From NCBI RefSeq assembly GCF_902459465.1, contig NC_047070.1:16306001-16370000 (forward strand): 64,000 nucleotides of DNA, read 5' to 3'. Of this stretch, positions 37,938 to 50,798 are shown one piece after another; the stretch's first letter is position 1; every line of letters begins with the position of its first letter. Source of the DNA: Asterias rubens. Taxonomy: Eukaryota. A program made the position numbers and the translations under genes. The notes beneath the pieces are model-generated. The model did no database searches, had not been told where the DNA came from, and was given only the letters and a program-made list of their open reading frames with translations.

Positions 37938-40900
37938 TTGCCCAAAAGCCAGAGGCAGTTCAACACTCATACTTTAGCAGCAGGTACTGCACGATGTTAA
38001 TAGATGTTAAATTTGCACCAGAGTTAGCAAATATTACATGTATAGGGTTTTACCCTTGCGCCAATGTGTTAGGCACTGTATACAAAGTACTTTCCTCGAG
38101 GCCTGTGAAAAAAGAACACACCTTGTCATAGATGGTTGCAGTGTTATCAGATAATTTTTGGTGCTAGCCAAACTTCTGTTGGATTTTGATGGATTTGAGA
38201 CGGCCCTTTGTGTGATTACCTTAGGAGATAGGGTTAATACTTATTGCTTCTTGAAGCATATTTTTGGTGCTTATTAAGTGCCAGCAGTATATTATTGGTA
38301 ACTATGAGGACCTATGGATTGCTTTGTCTAGTCCCATTGTTGTGTGTATAGTGTGTCTCGTATATAAGCGCAACCTGGACCCAATTTCATAAAGCAAGTA
38401 AGTGTAAAAACTTGCTAAGCACAAGTATATTGCTTAGGAGAAATATGTTACCAACCAAGGTACCATATAGTTTAAATATGGTAACTTGCTTAGCAAGATA
38501 TTAGCAGAATTATAATTCATAGAGCTGCTTAACGGCCAATTTTGTGCTTACTGTACGATTTCCATGTCATACCGTATGTGACGGCTATGAAAATGAGTGA
38601 TATAACAATGCAGCCACATGATGAACGCTAAAGCTGGCCCCCTAGTTGACTTCAGCACTGCAGCAATTTTTCTACTAAACATGTAAATAGCACCAATACT
38701 CGCTTACTGTTGAGCAACGCTATGAAATTGGTTCCTGGGGTTTGAAAATGCTTTCAAGTTTGGAAGTTATGAAACTTTGATGTTAAATGTTGCACTTTGT
38801 TCTTGTCACATATATTTTTATGTCAGTGTCTATATTTCAAACATTTGTGAAACTTATAACACTGGTATTGCATATACAGGTATATTTACATGTACATGTA
38901 CTTGTGTTTACGTGGAGGTAGACATTTCCACCTCCATTGTTATTAACAACTCAGACAGATTCTGGTGGCTGTTGAGTTCCGATTGATCACAATTTCCACT
39001 TATCAGGTTTTATGAAAGGGTTCAAGGGCACCATTTGTGATGGAATGGCTAAACAGATATTATTGTTTGCATTGGTGACAAAGAACCAATGTGTATTCAG
39101 CACTGTATACTCAGTACTTTCCAGAGTTTTGTGAAAACCAATGTAATGGTTGTTTTGAATGGTATGTACATTCCTGTAGATACACACGCTAATCATTCCT
39201 TGAACTTTTGCATGCACAATTTGTGTTCAAGGCTTGCCACCCATGCACCCAATCCAATCTTTTAAAAACTTACATTGTAAATGTACTCTTGGTCCTGATT
39301 TGGTTGCCATTGCAATTATTAAACAAACCAGAATATAAATTGCTCAGGTCAATAGGACCCCAAGCCCGGGTTAATTCTGACCCAGGTTTTCTTTAGAGCG
39401 TAACCAAACAGAATGAATTAATCGATAGTTAGAAGAAACCAATCCTTGCCTGGGCAATTGCTCGACACTAACACTTAGTTCTTTGACACTTAAAGGCTGA
39501 AGTAAAGAACACTAAAAGTTTATCAATGAAGTGAAAGTGTTAATGAATTTCAGCTGCTGCGTCAAAAAACATACTCTGCCTTAACAACTTACACTGCCCC
39601 ATGCATCTCAAGGCCTATGTATGCCTTATTTTAGATGCTTTAATCTAAAGTAAATAATTGAAAGACCAAATAAACTGCCTGTAGTCTTTGATGATAGGAA
39701 GAAGTAACTTTCCCAGTTGCATATCTTAATTTAAGTATGTAGTGAAACAAATTGTATGTACATTTTCAACTAAATAAGTTAAGGTGCTAAGCAAGTCACA
39801 CTTTTTTAACAGTGATATTCAACTTTGACCTCTGTGTCATGCCTTATTTTAGAAAGCAAATAGAATTTCTAAGCAAAACTACAACAAAAATAAGTCTGCT
39901 TTACCCCAAAAAGGTTGCCAGCAGAAACATGATGTCACATGAAGTGTACTGTTTGTGACCAAGTCTCTGCTTTAAAATAAATTTTACCATAAATATGTTC
40001 TGATTTAAAGTTGCATAGACAACCTGTTCTGCAGAAAATTCTGCTTAGCCGGAATGAGCAGAGAAGCAGAACAAAAATACATTACATGGTATCAGTCCTG
40101 GTAAACTGTTTCTATTAAGTACAATTTTTATCTGCTAAGCAGTTTTGTGTGCTTAATGGCTTTTCTAAACGGAAATGTTGCAGCCGTCATATGATATACA
40201 GGAATGGGATGCCCTTCAATGTCCTATGCCAAAGTTGGACAAAACTGTACATAAACAACATATAAAACAAGATGATTTTGAGTTAAAGAGAATTGTGTGT
40301 TATAAGATCAACAAAAGAAAAATCTATTGTATTTATACATAAATTGTATGTTTATATATGGCCAGTATGGATTGTAAATTTTGATTTTGAAGTACTTAAT
40401 ATTATTAGATTTAATATATCGAAACATGTCATGTGCAGCCAGTTGTTTAACTGCAACGAATTAAATATTGTGAAACAATTTAAACATAACATCTCTGTGC
40501 ATTTTTTTTATTAAAATTGTGTGAACCTAGTATATACAGGGTGATACCATTATATTAGCTATAGAAACTAAGCTTACACGAACGGCAAGTATTTAACTTG
40601 TTTTAAATATTGACCAAACACCATCCTATTTAAAGGCGCTGGACACCGTTGGTAATTGTCAAACACCCAGTCTTCTCACTTGCTGTATCTCAACATATGC
40701 ATTAAATAATAGAAATTTGAACTCAATTGGTCATTTTATTTCTTAAAAACTACGTTACTTCAGAGGGAGCCGTTTCTCACAATGTGGCTGTACTACCAAC
40801 AGCTCCTCATTGCTCGTTATCAATGTTATTTATTTTAATTTCTTAAATATTTATTTTGATAAGCAGCAGAAAAATATTAGTAATACAAAATAACGAATAA

Positions 40901-41741
40901 TAAAATATAAATATAAAATAGACTTCTGTTTGTTTTTTTTTTGTTTTTTTTTACAATGGAATGTAATTTCGTGGGGAGTACAGTTCACATGAAACTGTTT
41001 TGGCGCAAATGCACCCGAATAACTCTTCTTAAATGGCAAAACCAAGTTCTACTGGGCCTAATTTCATGGAGTTGCTTTAGCAGAAATTAACGCTTACCAC
41101 AAGTTCTGTTAAGTGCATTTTAGCAGGAAACCAGTCACCAATTGCGTATGAGAAATTGTACTTCGATTGGCAACCTTATTCTGGTAATCAACAGTTTGTT
41201 GTGCTTAGCTAGTTTTTGTGCTCAAGGCACCCATAACATTGGGCCCTGCTGAAATTTGGAAAATACTGCCAGACTTTGGTAGCAAAAGTTGAGTGGGGCA
41301 CCAGCAGCCACAGCAACGCAAACTTAAAGTTACTTTGGCTGGTAACCATTTTCTGCTAAGCAACACTATTTCATGATTAGCAAGTTTTTGTGCTTACATG
41401 CTTTATGAAATTGAGTCCATGGCACAATTTCAAAAAGCTGCAGCATGCATGCGTCAGAATTCGGCCGACGGTAAGCATAGCCTTCATGAAGCTGCTTAAT
41501 CATAAAAAGAGATAAGCACAACAAATTATGCTTACCAGCCAAACTACCATGTCACATGTACACTTTGTGATTGCTATCTTGCTCATTTCTGCTAAATAGT
41601 CAATTGCTTAGCAATACATTCTGTTTAAGCTCTCGAGTGATATGGTGGCTTGCCAACCACATTAACTTGTTCAATAAGTCAATGACGTTTACGGCCCAGC
41701 TGTTTTTGGTTTTGGTTGGCCGTCAACCTTGTTCAATAAAG

Positions 41742-43946
41742 TCAATGATGTTTTGGGACCAGTTTGTTCGGTTCTTCACACGTTGTCGATTGATCCATGA
41801 ACTCTGCCCACGTTTCCTTCATGAAGTCAGTCCTCTTGAAGCCATGCAGGTTGAAAGCCTTCCGTAGGAAACAGGCATCCCTTCGGCTTCCAGTGGTGAT
41901 GAAATACTTGGACGAGGCTGCGTTCAGGTTGATCTTGGTTTTTGATCGGAACGCCAGGATACCCGCGTAAGCATCGTCAATGGGGATGAGTTTGGTGCTA
42001 CGAGTCATGTCGTACATTCCCTTCACTGCTGCAGAAGACATGATGTAACCACCTCCGGAGAAGTACGGTAGGAAGTACTTAAACGGGTACTGCGACCTGA
42101 GTACCTGGTATTTGGACTTCTCTCTTACAACAGGACTTAGACCCATCATATGACCGAGGAAGAGGTTCTGTGATTGGGTGCGGGGAAGGGATTGAAGATG
42201 GCTCGTGATTCGCTCAAAGTTGACCAGCATGTCGTCGTCTCCCTTGTAGATGAAAGACGCTTGCTTGCAATTGGTGGAGACCCACCTCAACCCAAGGATG
42301 ACTTTGAGAGTGAGGTTGTGAAACGATTCCAGGAAATCGGCTTGGATGATGTCGCTGTTTTGGCGCGCTTCCTCGTCTATAGCATCCTGCATACCAGTGG
42401 TCATACCACGTGATTTCCCAAGGATGAAAAGAGTCTTAGAGTTCGTATTGGTCATGTAGTCTGGTGCCGCCCACGTTTTTCGGATCGCTGCTCTCAGTTC
42501 AAAGTGCTCGGGCATGGAGCTCACGAGAGCGAGAAGGTAGGGTGCCTGTTTTGTCTTTGGATTCTTCCAGCATGTTTTCTTCGGGTGGTGGATCAGCTTG
42601 AGTACCTTACTGAAGTACGCATTGTTGTCCATCTTACCCGTCCAATGCTCAATATCCGTAACGTTAGGTATAGGATTAGAGCAGACCACCTCTAAACTGT
42701 GGTTCCTCCACACTGATCTCATGAGCTCCTCAGTACCGAAACCACCCAGCGTAATGGTGCCTTTAAGATCGCAGTAATCCGCATCGCCACCAAGCTTCAA
42801 AAAGGAATCCTTGTACTTAGGCCACACTTTCAGATTAAGTGCGATCATCCCAAGATACACGTCTCCGATGTTAAATCCCATCGTCTCCACAGCCATTGAC
42901 ATACTCTTTAAGTACGCATCTTGAATAAACTGCGTAGAGACAACAAATCCAGCCCCACCGACGCAGTATTTCGGGTACGCCTCTGGTTTGTAAGTTTTCA
43001 AATCCACGTAATCTTTATATTTGGCATCTCGCTGCGGCTTACCATCCTTCCGAACTCGGCCTAAATAAAGACTTGTCGGATTGTTCAACGCTTTCAAATA
43101 TTTAATCATGTTCTCTTGATCTACAAAGAGATTTTCGGGACCAATGAAGACATATTTCACGAGAGGGCAGTGTGTTAACACATATTTAAACGTAGCTAGA
43201 ATTCTCAACGTTGAGGGGGTTGAGAGTTTCTTAGGCTCGATCACACTAGTTCCAATGACATCGCCCTTATTGTCACATTCTTCGATGACCTTTTTTTCCA
43301 AAGAGTCTTCAATTGCCTTCGACGTGGGATGTCCAACCATGAACAGAGTCTGTACGTTTTTCCCGTCCACGGAGCGCTCTGAACCCCACGTCTCGCGTAT
43401 CGCCTCTCGCTGATTCGCATTCAATGGTTCAGAATTGACCACTGTTAATAAATATAAGCCTTCCCCGCCATTTTGACACATTTTTGCACCAGAAGGCGTC
43501 CAAAACTTTAATTTTTCATGCAACCACTTTCCCTTTAACTTCTTCAGTTTCGTCTCAAACTCTAAAACTTTCCTCGCAGACAGGGACAGCTTTTCTGTTT
43601 TAACTTCGTCTTTTTTAACTTCGTCTTTTTTAACTTCGTCTTTTTTAACTTCGTCTTTTTTAACGTTCAAATCTGCATCTTTCCCGTGAGAGTCTCCGTG
43701 ACCTTTATCCATGAGGTCGTTGAGCGCGTGTTCGCCATCTTTACCCGCGTCATTGACAGAATCCGGCTCTTGTTCTTTGACATTTCGGTGTAGTACTTCA
43801 GACCTACTGATTGGTGGGTCGTAAGGTATCTGTACGTTACCGGCGACAAGTCGTTCGTCCAGATAGACTAAAGAAAGTAATACTCTGCATGCCCCAATAA
43901 GCAAAATGACAGTCAGAACTGCGCCCGGTGCATTAGCGGGCGCCAT
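41742..43946 (-). CDS. Intronless type II membrane GT31-family (B3GALT/B3GNT-like) glycosyltransferase with two tandem Galactosyl_T domains, 734 aa
   Basis: Single ORF; N-terminal hydrophobic anchor (aa 9-28), stem with (KKDEV)4, domain 1 about aa 157-423 (REAIRETWG, YPKYCVGGAGFVVS, GDVYLG), domain 2 about aa 459-723 (RAAIRKTW, DFLESFHNLTLK, KGDDDMLVN, PYFSGGGYIMS, IDDAYAG). Family recognisable, exact orthologue not. Confidence 0.9.
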   Translation of the reverse strand: MAPANAPGAVLTVILLIGACRVLLSLVYLDERLVAGNVQIPYDPPISRSEVLHRNVKEQEPDSVNDAGKDGEHALNDLMDKGHGDSHGKDADLNVKKDEVKKDEVKKDEVKKDEVKTEKLSLSARKVLEFETKLKKLKGKWLHEKLKFWTPSGAKMCQNGGEGLYLLTVVNSEPLNANQREAIRETWGSERSVDGKNVQTLFMVGHPTSKAIEDSLEKKVIEECDNKGDVIGTSVIEPKKLSTPSTLRILATFKYVLTHCPLVKYVFIGPENLFVDQENMIKYLKALNNPTSLYLGRVRKDGKPQRDAKYKDYVDLKTYKPEAYPKYCVGGAGFVVSTQFIQDAYLKSMSMAVETMGFNIGDVYLGMIALNLKVWPKYKDSFLKLGGDADYCDLKGTITLGGFGTEELMRSVWRNHSLEVVCSNPIPNVTDIEHWTGKMDNNAYFSKVLKLIHHPKKTCWKNPKTKQAPYLLALVSSMPEHFELRAAIRKTWAAPDYMTNTNSKTLFILGKSRGMTTGMQDAIDEEARQNSDIIQADFLESFHNLTLKVILGLRWVSTNCKQASFIYKGDDDMLVNFERITSHLQSLPRTQSQNLFLGHMMGLSPVVREKSKYQVLRSQYPFKYFLPYFSGGGYIMSSAAVKGMYDMTRSTKLIPIDDAYAGILAFRSKTKINLNAASSKYFITTGSRRDACFLRKAFNLHGFKRTDFMKETWAEFMDQSTTCEEPNKLVPKHH

Positions 43947-43990
43947 GTTGGTCCTCCCAGGTAAACTTCAATATTGAGTCATTTATATAG
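43947..43990 (-). promoter_or_regulatory. TATA (TATATAAA, 43989-43982) immediately followed by AP-1-like TGACTCA (43981-43975) upstream of the GT31 gene
   Basis: Seen directly on the minus strand about 35 nt upstream of the ATG (context CAACATGGCG); no convincing acceptor between, consistent with a single-exon gene. Confidence 0.45.
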
Positions 43991-44891
43991 TATGGTGAGG
44001 AGCGACTTCTGTTCGTGTCTTGGCCTCACGGTGTTTGTGTATGCATCACCAAACACTGGAGACAGCAGTCTAGAGTTCCTAATCCTAATGCAAGGAGTCG
44101 CGATACTATATCCTAAGGGAGAAATAAGACAATTAAAATAATTTATTTAGAGGTAAAAACAAATCGTTTTTGGGGTAGAGAAAAAAAAGATGCCCTCAGT
44201 ATGCATTATTTTAAGTCTCGAGGACCAAGGCACCAACATTGGTACGGCAGAGCTGTTTCACGGCTGTGCCTCTCTTCTTTTCTTGGATTCGGACGTTTGC
44301 AGTCACTACCTAAAGGGCCGTGTCACTGCTTGTCACACCACACGAGACAGCTTTCTTTATAGAACAATCGTTACCAGGATATTCAACACAAGTACATATT
44401 TAAAAGAACTCGCAACCGATATATAAATACTGTTTATATTTACCAACTGGTGCGAGGATTGCCTGATTTCAATGAAAATATTATAAAAGCCTGTTTTGAT
44501 GACTATTGCATACGTTTTGTTTGGTTCTGTGCAAAACTTGTCAGTGATATGTATTTTTTTCAGTATAGTGAAGGTTGCCTACTTTTGTCAAGGTTGGCAA
44601 AATTGGTGGCTGTCACGAGATATAGAAATGTAGTAAAAACCAATACTGACATTTTTCAAAACCACGACCCGAAACTTACATTTGTAGACAATCAAAGGCA
44701 TATTTCATGACATAATTGCATTTTTTATATGTAGGCTTAAATACAAACAAAAGAGTTAAATAATTACTCGATCATTCCATGCCCCCAAATTTGTTCTGTT
44801 AATGGCAAAGATATGGGAAAATACGGCACGGCCAACCGGGAAACGGTGAAGTTGGCCTTTCCTAACATGTGAATATGAGGACCTAAGTTAA

Positions 44892-44920
44892 TGTTGTTGT
44901 TGTTGTTGTTGTTGTTGTTT
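44892..44920. repeat. (GTT)n microsatellite
   Basis: Direct reading. Confidence 0.9.
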
Positions 44921-46869
44921 TTCAACATTTGGTAGTGAATAATATTACAACACGTTCAGTCTTATGGTCGGCAGAAAGGCCTGGGGGCGGGGGCGGATCC
45001 AACTCATAGTATGGATATAGATGCATTGTAGACTAGCCAAGTTGTCATTCAAGAATTTCTCAAACCCATGGAACCAAAGGAACTGGGGCTCTATTGGTGC
45101 CGAAAAAGGCACCCCAAGTTGGGATATCCTACCATATACTGAAGATCATGATGGCACTACACACTATATAGTCCAATACAATACAACCACCACCACATGG
45201 AAATAAATAAACCATTGAACAAACAACCTTTACATACCTCTGTTGTTAGCTTTTCGAAGGAGGGACTGTTTTACACCAACTCAGTCGACAATTTACCGTT
45301 CTCAACTAACTAGATCTGTAATACTCTTGCGGGTTTGAGTCTACCTCCATGGTTCTTAACTGGAGTTTCAGCCACGTTGGATATCTTTAATCACCATTTG
45401 GACGTATAGAAATAGAATGAATGGGCACAGTTGAGCGAACCCACAATCATAATAACAATGTTTGTATAGGTAACAACACGGCACACCTTGCATTCACAGT
45501 GCGGTAATCCATTGTCCCCCCTCATACATATTCATAAACTTCATACATATTCATGAGAAAGCTAAGGTCACCTTTTCATTGCTCCATGGTTTGATTAATT
45601 TGATTTTTGAATATAGAACCTATGATCACAGAACAAGGCTATGATTAAGACCTTTGACCGGATTGGCCTGGGTGGGAGTGGTGATGTGGGGGGGGGGGGG
45701 GGGGGTGCAAGGTTGGAGTGTGGGGAAGGAGGGGGGGGGGGGGTCTGTAAAAAGTAGATCAAGGACAATTCAATATGGATATACACGTTGTTATTGTGAT
45801 TCTTGCCAAATCTAGTATAGCCCACTACTTTTTAATGATGCTATTTGCAAACAAAGATGGTCTTCACAAAAAAACCAAGTTCATATATACAACGGAGCTA
45901 TAAATTATGATTTGCATAAAAATATAGGCGACAAACTTTAACGATAATTAGCCATGTTATATTTCTGTTGGCGGCTACAAAAATAAGACATATAGTGCCA
46001 GAGAAAAAAAATGAAAAACCTTCGCTGTACATACAAATTTGTTACAGCCACAAATTAATCACAACGAACTCTTTGGCTGTGACTTAAATATCATGGCTTT
46101 AGTATTTCTTATAAAAATCACTTCACAATCTTACAACAGGATTAAGACAAGGTCTTGATTAAGATTTACTCACTTCGTTGTGGCTCCTCACTAGTCCTTG
46201 TTGTTCCCAAGTCCAGTACATACGCTATTTCTACCTCCATGGCTGTATGGTGACCGGGCCTTATCACACATTATAGACCTCTACTCTGGAATAAACTACC
46301 CGATTATGTCTTGAACGGTGCTTCTGGAAACGTTCAAAACAGAACGGAAGACACTACTCTTTAGTAAAGCACGTTGTGTGTATTTTTCAGCAATGTTTTT
46401 TTTTTTTTTGCATCTTTGTAAATCTTTATTTGATTTTGATGTAGTGCCATTAATGTGCGCTTTATAAATCCATTATTATTATAGTCAGGAAATGTTAGGC
46501 CTATTTGACACCGCTTTGAGATGTTGGTTAAAAGGCTTATATCCGTTCGCTTAATAAACTACGCCAACATTTGCACTCTTAACGGTGTCTTCTTAACTCT
46601 CTCCCGCCAAACGTCACGGTGGACATTCATTTGCCTTAGAAGAGTCATGAATTAATGAACATAATAATAACGGCACACACCATGACCCTATTTCGTAAAG
46701 CTGTTTATAAGCAGAAAATATTGCTTAACTGTTTTGTTTTTGCTTAATGAAAATTAACAGAATACCAGTTACAAATTGTACACGCGGCATAGTAGTTTGG
46801 CTGGTAACTTTATTCTGGTAAGCATTATTTTGTTGGGCGATGGTTCATCATCTTGCCGTTCCCCCCCCC

Positions 46870-47066
46870 CCCCGGCCTTGTCGCTCATCAAGCCTTCGCT
46901 CTGCATCCGACACTACTCTACTCCTGGAACCTAACTCTGTCAAACTTCCGAGTCTGCTTCACGTCGCACCCTATCTCATTTTGTGTATCAAAACTTATGT
47001 GTACCCAATCTATGAGCTGCGTTCTTGATGTTGTGGCGCTAAAGAAATGCCTATGTATGTTTGTAT
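46870..47066 (+). mobile_element. L2 LINE 3' fragment
   Basis: PRPCRSSSLRSASDTTLLLEP motif, GGCGCTAAAGAAATG end and (TATG)n tail. Confidence 0.55.
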
Positions 47067-47459
47067 GTATCTATTTTGTGCTATTTTGTGCTATTTTGTG
47101 CTATTTTTTATGCATAATGTTGGGATACACCGGGTGAGAAGATTGGTCTTTGACAGTTACCAATAGTGTCCAGTGCCTTTAACCGATCGTTGGAACAGCT
47201 ATCCAAAGGCCAGAGCTACTTTACATGGGACGCCACCAATCGTCTCATAGCGACGCCATATAAGGTATGGCATGCATGAAGGGAGGAGCGTTCCCGTGGC
47301 AACCTCTGTCCTTGCTGTTGCTGTTGCTCCACTCGTCTAGGTTTTTTTTAATACTATATTATAAGTAGCACATTTTCTTATTTGGTTATGTAGGTTATTT
47401 ATATTTTGTGAAAATGTCAATTTATTTATTTGTATATCATGCAAGTATGTAGGGACCTG

Positions 47460-47653
47460 GGCCCAATTTCATAAAGCTGTTAAGCAGAAAAAAAATTGCT
47501 TGACAAGTCGATTTGCTAAGCAAAAATTGAGTGAGGCATTAGTCAAAACAATGTTAACTTAATTTAATTTGGGTTATTAACTTTGTTTCTGTTAAGCAAC
47601 ACTTTTCTGTGCTTAGCAAGATTTTGTGCTGACAGGCTTTATGAAATTTGGCA
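47460..47653. mobile_element. Harbinger-like MITE family with CTG target duplication
   Basis: CTG|GGCCCAATTTCAT...ATGAAATTTGGCA|CTG; other copies 41055-41245 (CTG TSD), 38378-38734 (CTG TSD), fragments 21100-21183, 41290-41420, 46685-46840, 48820-48980. Confidence 0.7.
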
Positions 47654-48083
47654 CTGTTTACTTGCATAGCAATATCAGATTGGGGTTTGATCGAGGGTGG
47701 GGCAAGGGGAGTTGGTTCGGGTTAGAGGGTACAAGAAATAGCATGATTTCGCCTTAAGCAAGATGGGTGTGGTTACTATGAAGGTTGCACTTTCCAAATT
47801 AGGCTTTTTAAGTGTGAGAAACCGTCTTGTGACCAACATTTGGTTGATGGGTTTTAAACGCAAGGCCTTTATGACATTGTTTTAATGGTGGTAAGCAGGG
47901 GGAGGGGAAAAGATTAAAACATAAAACAAGCCAACAAAAAGTCACAAACACCGAACTACCTTTTACAAAGCTGTTATTATTCATTTGTTTCAGAAATACC
48001 TGATCACTTAAGGGGAGGGAGGGGGGGGGGGGACAAGCCACATCCTCTGGGAAAATAATGGTGTACAATTTTACAAATCTGCT

Positions 48084-48474
48084 TTTAAAGACAGTGTACA
48101 CTATTACATTGGTAATTGTCAAAGAGCAGTCTTCTCACTTGGTGTATCTCAACATATGCATAAAATAACAAACCTGTGAAAATTTGAGCTCGATCGGTCG
48201 TCGGAGTCGCGAGATAATTATGAAAGAAAAACACCCTTGTCACACGAAGTTGTGTGCTATCAGATGCTTGATTTCGAGACCTCAAGTTCTAAACTTGAGG
48301 TCTCGAAATCAAATTCGTGGAAAATTACTTCTTTCTCCAAAACGTGGTCACTTCAGGGGGAGCTGTTTCTCACAATGTTTTATACCATCAACCTCTCCCC
48401 ATTACTCGTTTCCAAGTAAGGTTTTATGTCAACAATTATTTTGAGTAATTACCAATAGTGTCCACTGCCTTTAA
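48084..48474. mobile_element. Kolobok-like (TTAA-target) MITE, near full-length copy
   Basis: TTAA|AGACAGTGTACAC ... GTGTCCACTGCCT|TTAA termini; body shared with copies at 28646 and 63175. Confidence 0.75.
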
Positions 48475-50798
48475 CAGATCGTTGGCACTTCCTCCTATTC
48501 AAATAATAAAAACTAAAGTAAACTAAGCCCATTATGCTCTTATGAAAACATAATAGAAATAAAAATAGTCGGACACCACTTTTGGCGTGGGATATCATGA
48601 CACACTTTTGCGATTGCGCACACAGGGAACACGACAGCAATGAGATAAATCTGATACAAGCGTTTTGCTTTATAAGGCTATTCTACTTGCAGAGCCTCCG
48701 GGCAAACCTTGCCGTGCCTCAGCTTTCAAGGCTGGCAGGGGTTTGAGATGGTGACCCTCTCTGGATTTGGGCATCTCAACTGAATTCCTTTCATCTGTTT
48801 GGTTGTACTTGGTGGTAGGAGAGCTGCTTAGCAGAAAATATTTACATGCTAAGCAAAAATGGACAGGGTACATCTGCAAACGGTATATAACATAATGTTT
48901 TGGGTGACAACCTTTTCGGTAAGCAGGAACTATGCTGTGCTCAGGTACGTTTTGTTTAAGCAGCCTATGAACTTGGGCTTTGCAGCGTGCTAAGCAGTAA
49001 TTTCAGCTAAACAGCTTCTCGAAACTTAGCATTATTTCTTAATTGTGGAAGTCTAGTTCCCGAAAAGAAAAAATACAATTTAGTTACGAAGTTTGTTATT
49101 TGATATAAGATAATAATGCTCAGCTGTAATGACATAACCTATGGCACGCATTTCAGATGAACCAACTAGGTATGTGTCGAATGCTGTTTTCAATGAATAT
49201 GCAAATAGTTTTTGTGAAACTCCGCCCTCTTTTACCTTATAAGGCAACTAATCGGGTTTCAAACTTCCGACCCGTGCTGTGATCGCCGTTGCCAATGAAT
49301 GTGTTCAAATATGGCTGGCTGGTATTAATAGTTTTGGCGTCATCTTGCGTCGAATTCAGCCTATGGATGGTTTCGGTTACCTCGAAAGAGGGATTCTTCC
49401 CCAAGGTCATGTCCGAATTGGCTACGGCTACAGCTTCATCATGCATTGAAGTACTGAACGTCTGGAGCAACAGACGTAGCCGCAGCCGAAGCCACACATG
49501 CAGATACGCAGATTCGTGTTCATATGATTATCTATTTATCAACTCAAAAATATTTCTCTTGTGATATACTTTTTCACGAAACAAACACGTTAATTTCGTG
49601 GAGAAGTTTTGACACAACATTGTTAGAGTTATAATCCCGTTTATTTAAAACGAAAATCTGTATCGATAATTAAGTATGTATTTATAATTTGTTTTACAAA
49701 TGTACAGCATTTTAGGTTAGTTCCGCAAGAAAACGATTGCTCCGAAATAATGACCTGATTCAAGTTACTTACAATTGAGCCTCGGTCATGAATGGAAGCA
49801 AGATTTAAACATGAACCTTGAGGTTGCTATAGTAATACTAATAAATAGAGCTATCTTAATCGAAGCCACAAGAGAAGAAGAAAAAACCCACAAGAAGAGT
49901 AAACTGGTTTGTCGTGCACAAGGTATGATGAGGTGACGATAATATGCAAATAATAATCAAGGCTGGGTATTCTTTCAAAGACCAGTATTCTCACTTTGTG
50001 TATCCCATCATGCATTTATAACGTAACAAACCTGCGGAAATGTGGACTCCATTTGCCATCGAGACATATTAAAATTCAACAGCATTTGAAGATATTTATG
50101 AGTCAAACGGTCAAGAGTTGAATGTTTTATTTTTTTAAATTCAAGATATTTAATAGTAAAGGTATTATAAAGAATATTGTGTGATTTCAGATGCCAAAAA
50201 AAGGCTTCAGGCCCGACGCCCCTCTCAGATTCATATTTTGGAGTGAAAAAATAACCTCTTCTTCTACACTACATTACTTCAAAGGGGATGGATTATAACA
50301 ATGGTTTTTAGGCCTAATATCAACAGCTCTACAGTTCTCTTACCTTGTAATGTTTTATGGACATAATTGTTGTGAGTAGTTACTAAAAGCATACCCCCTG
50401 CCTGTAAGGGCTAATGCTTATTAGTGATTGAAACTAGATATACTTTTCCTGACATAGTTGTGATATTATTACTGTTATTAATAAGCCTAAAGCAGTAATA
50501 TTATTGTACACCTCATGATAGAGCATGAACAAACTTAGAGGATCTAAGTTTAGCCAAAATATGATCTTAAAAAGAAGACAATTTTCGAAACTAAAGTGAT
50601 AAGAGAAATTTAATTACTGGTGTTGTAATGGCATCCATAATAGATTGAATTGAGTTGCATGTTTATTCTGTGAATCTTTGCATTGGGATACTATAAGTGA
50701 TCCTTTTCATAAAATAATAACACAATGGGCGTGTGAAACAAACTCAAAGATGGAACATCGAAATAAGAAACAAACAACTTAAATCATAACGAGTTCAC

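Noticed and set aside
45235-46290. Orphan minus-strand donors (about 46174, 45237) and an MEVEIAYVLDLG... start as 5' exons of the GT31 gene or another gene
   Set aside because: No downstream acceptor keeps the frame open; CCATGGAGGTAGA also occurs at 45340 and 29965, suggesting a repeat.
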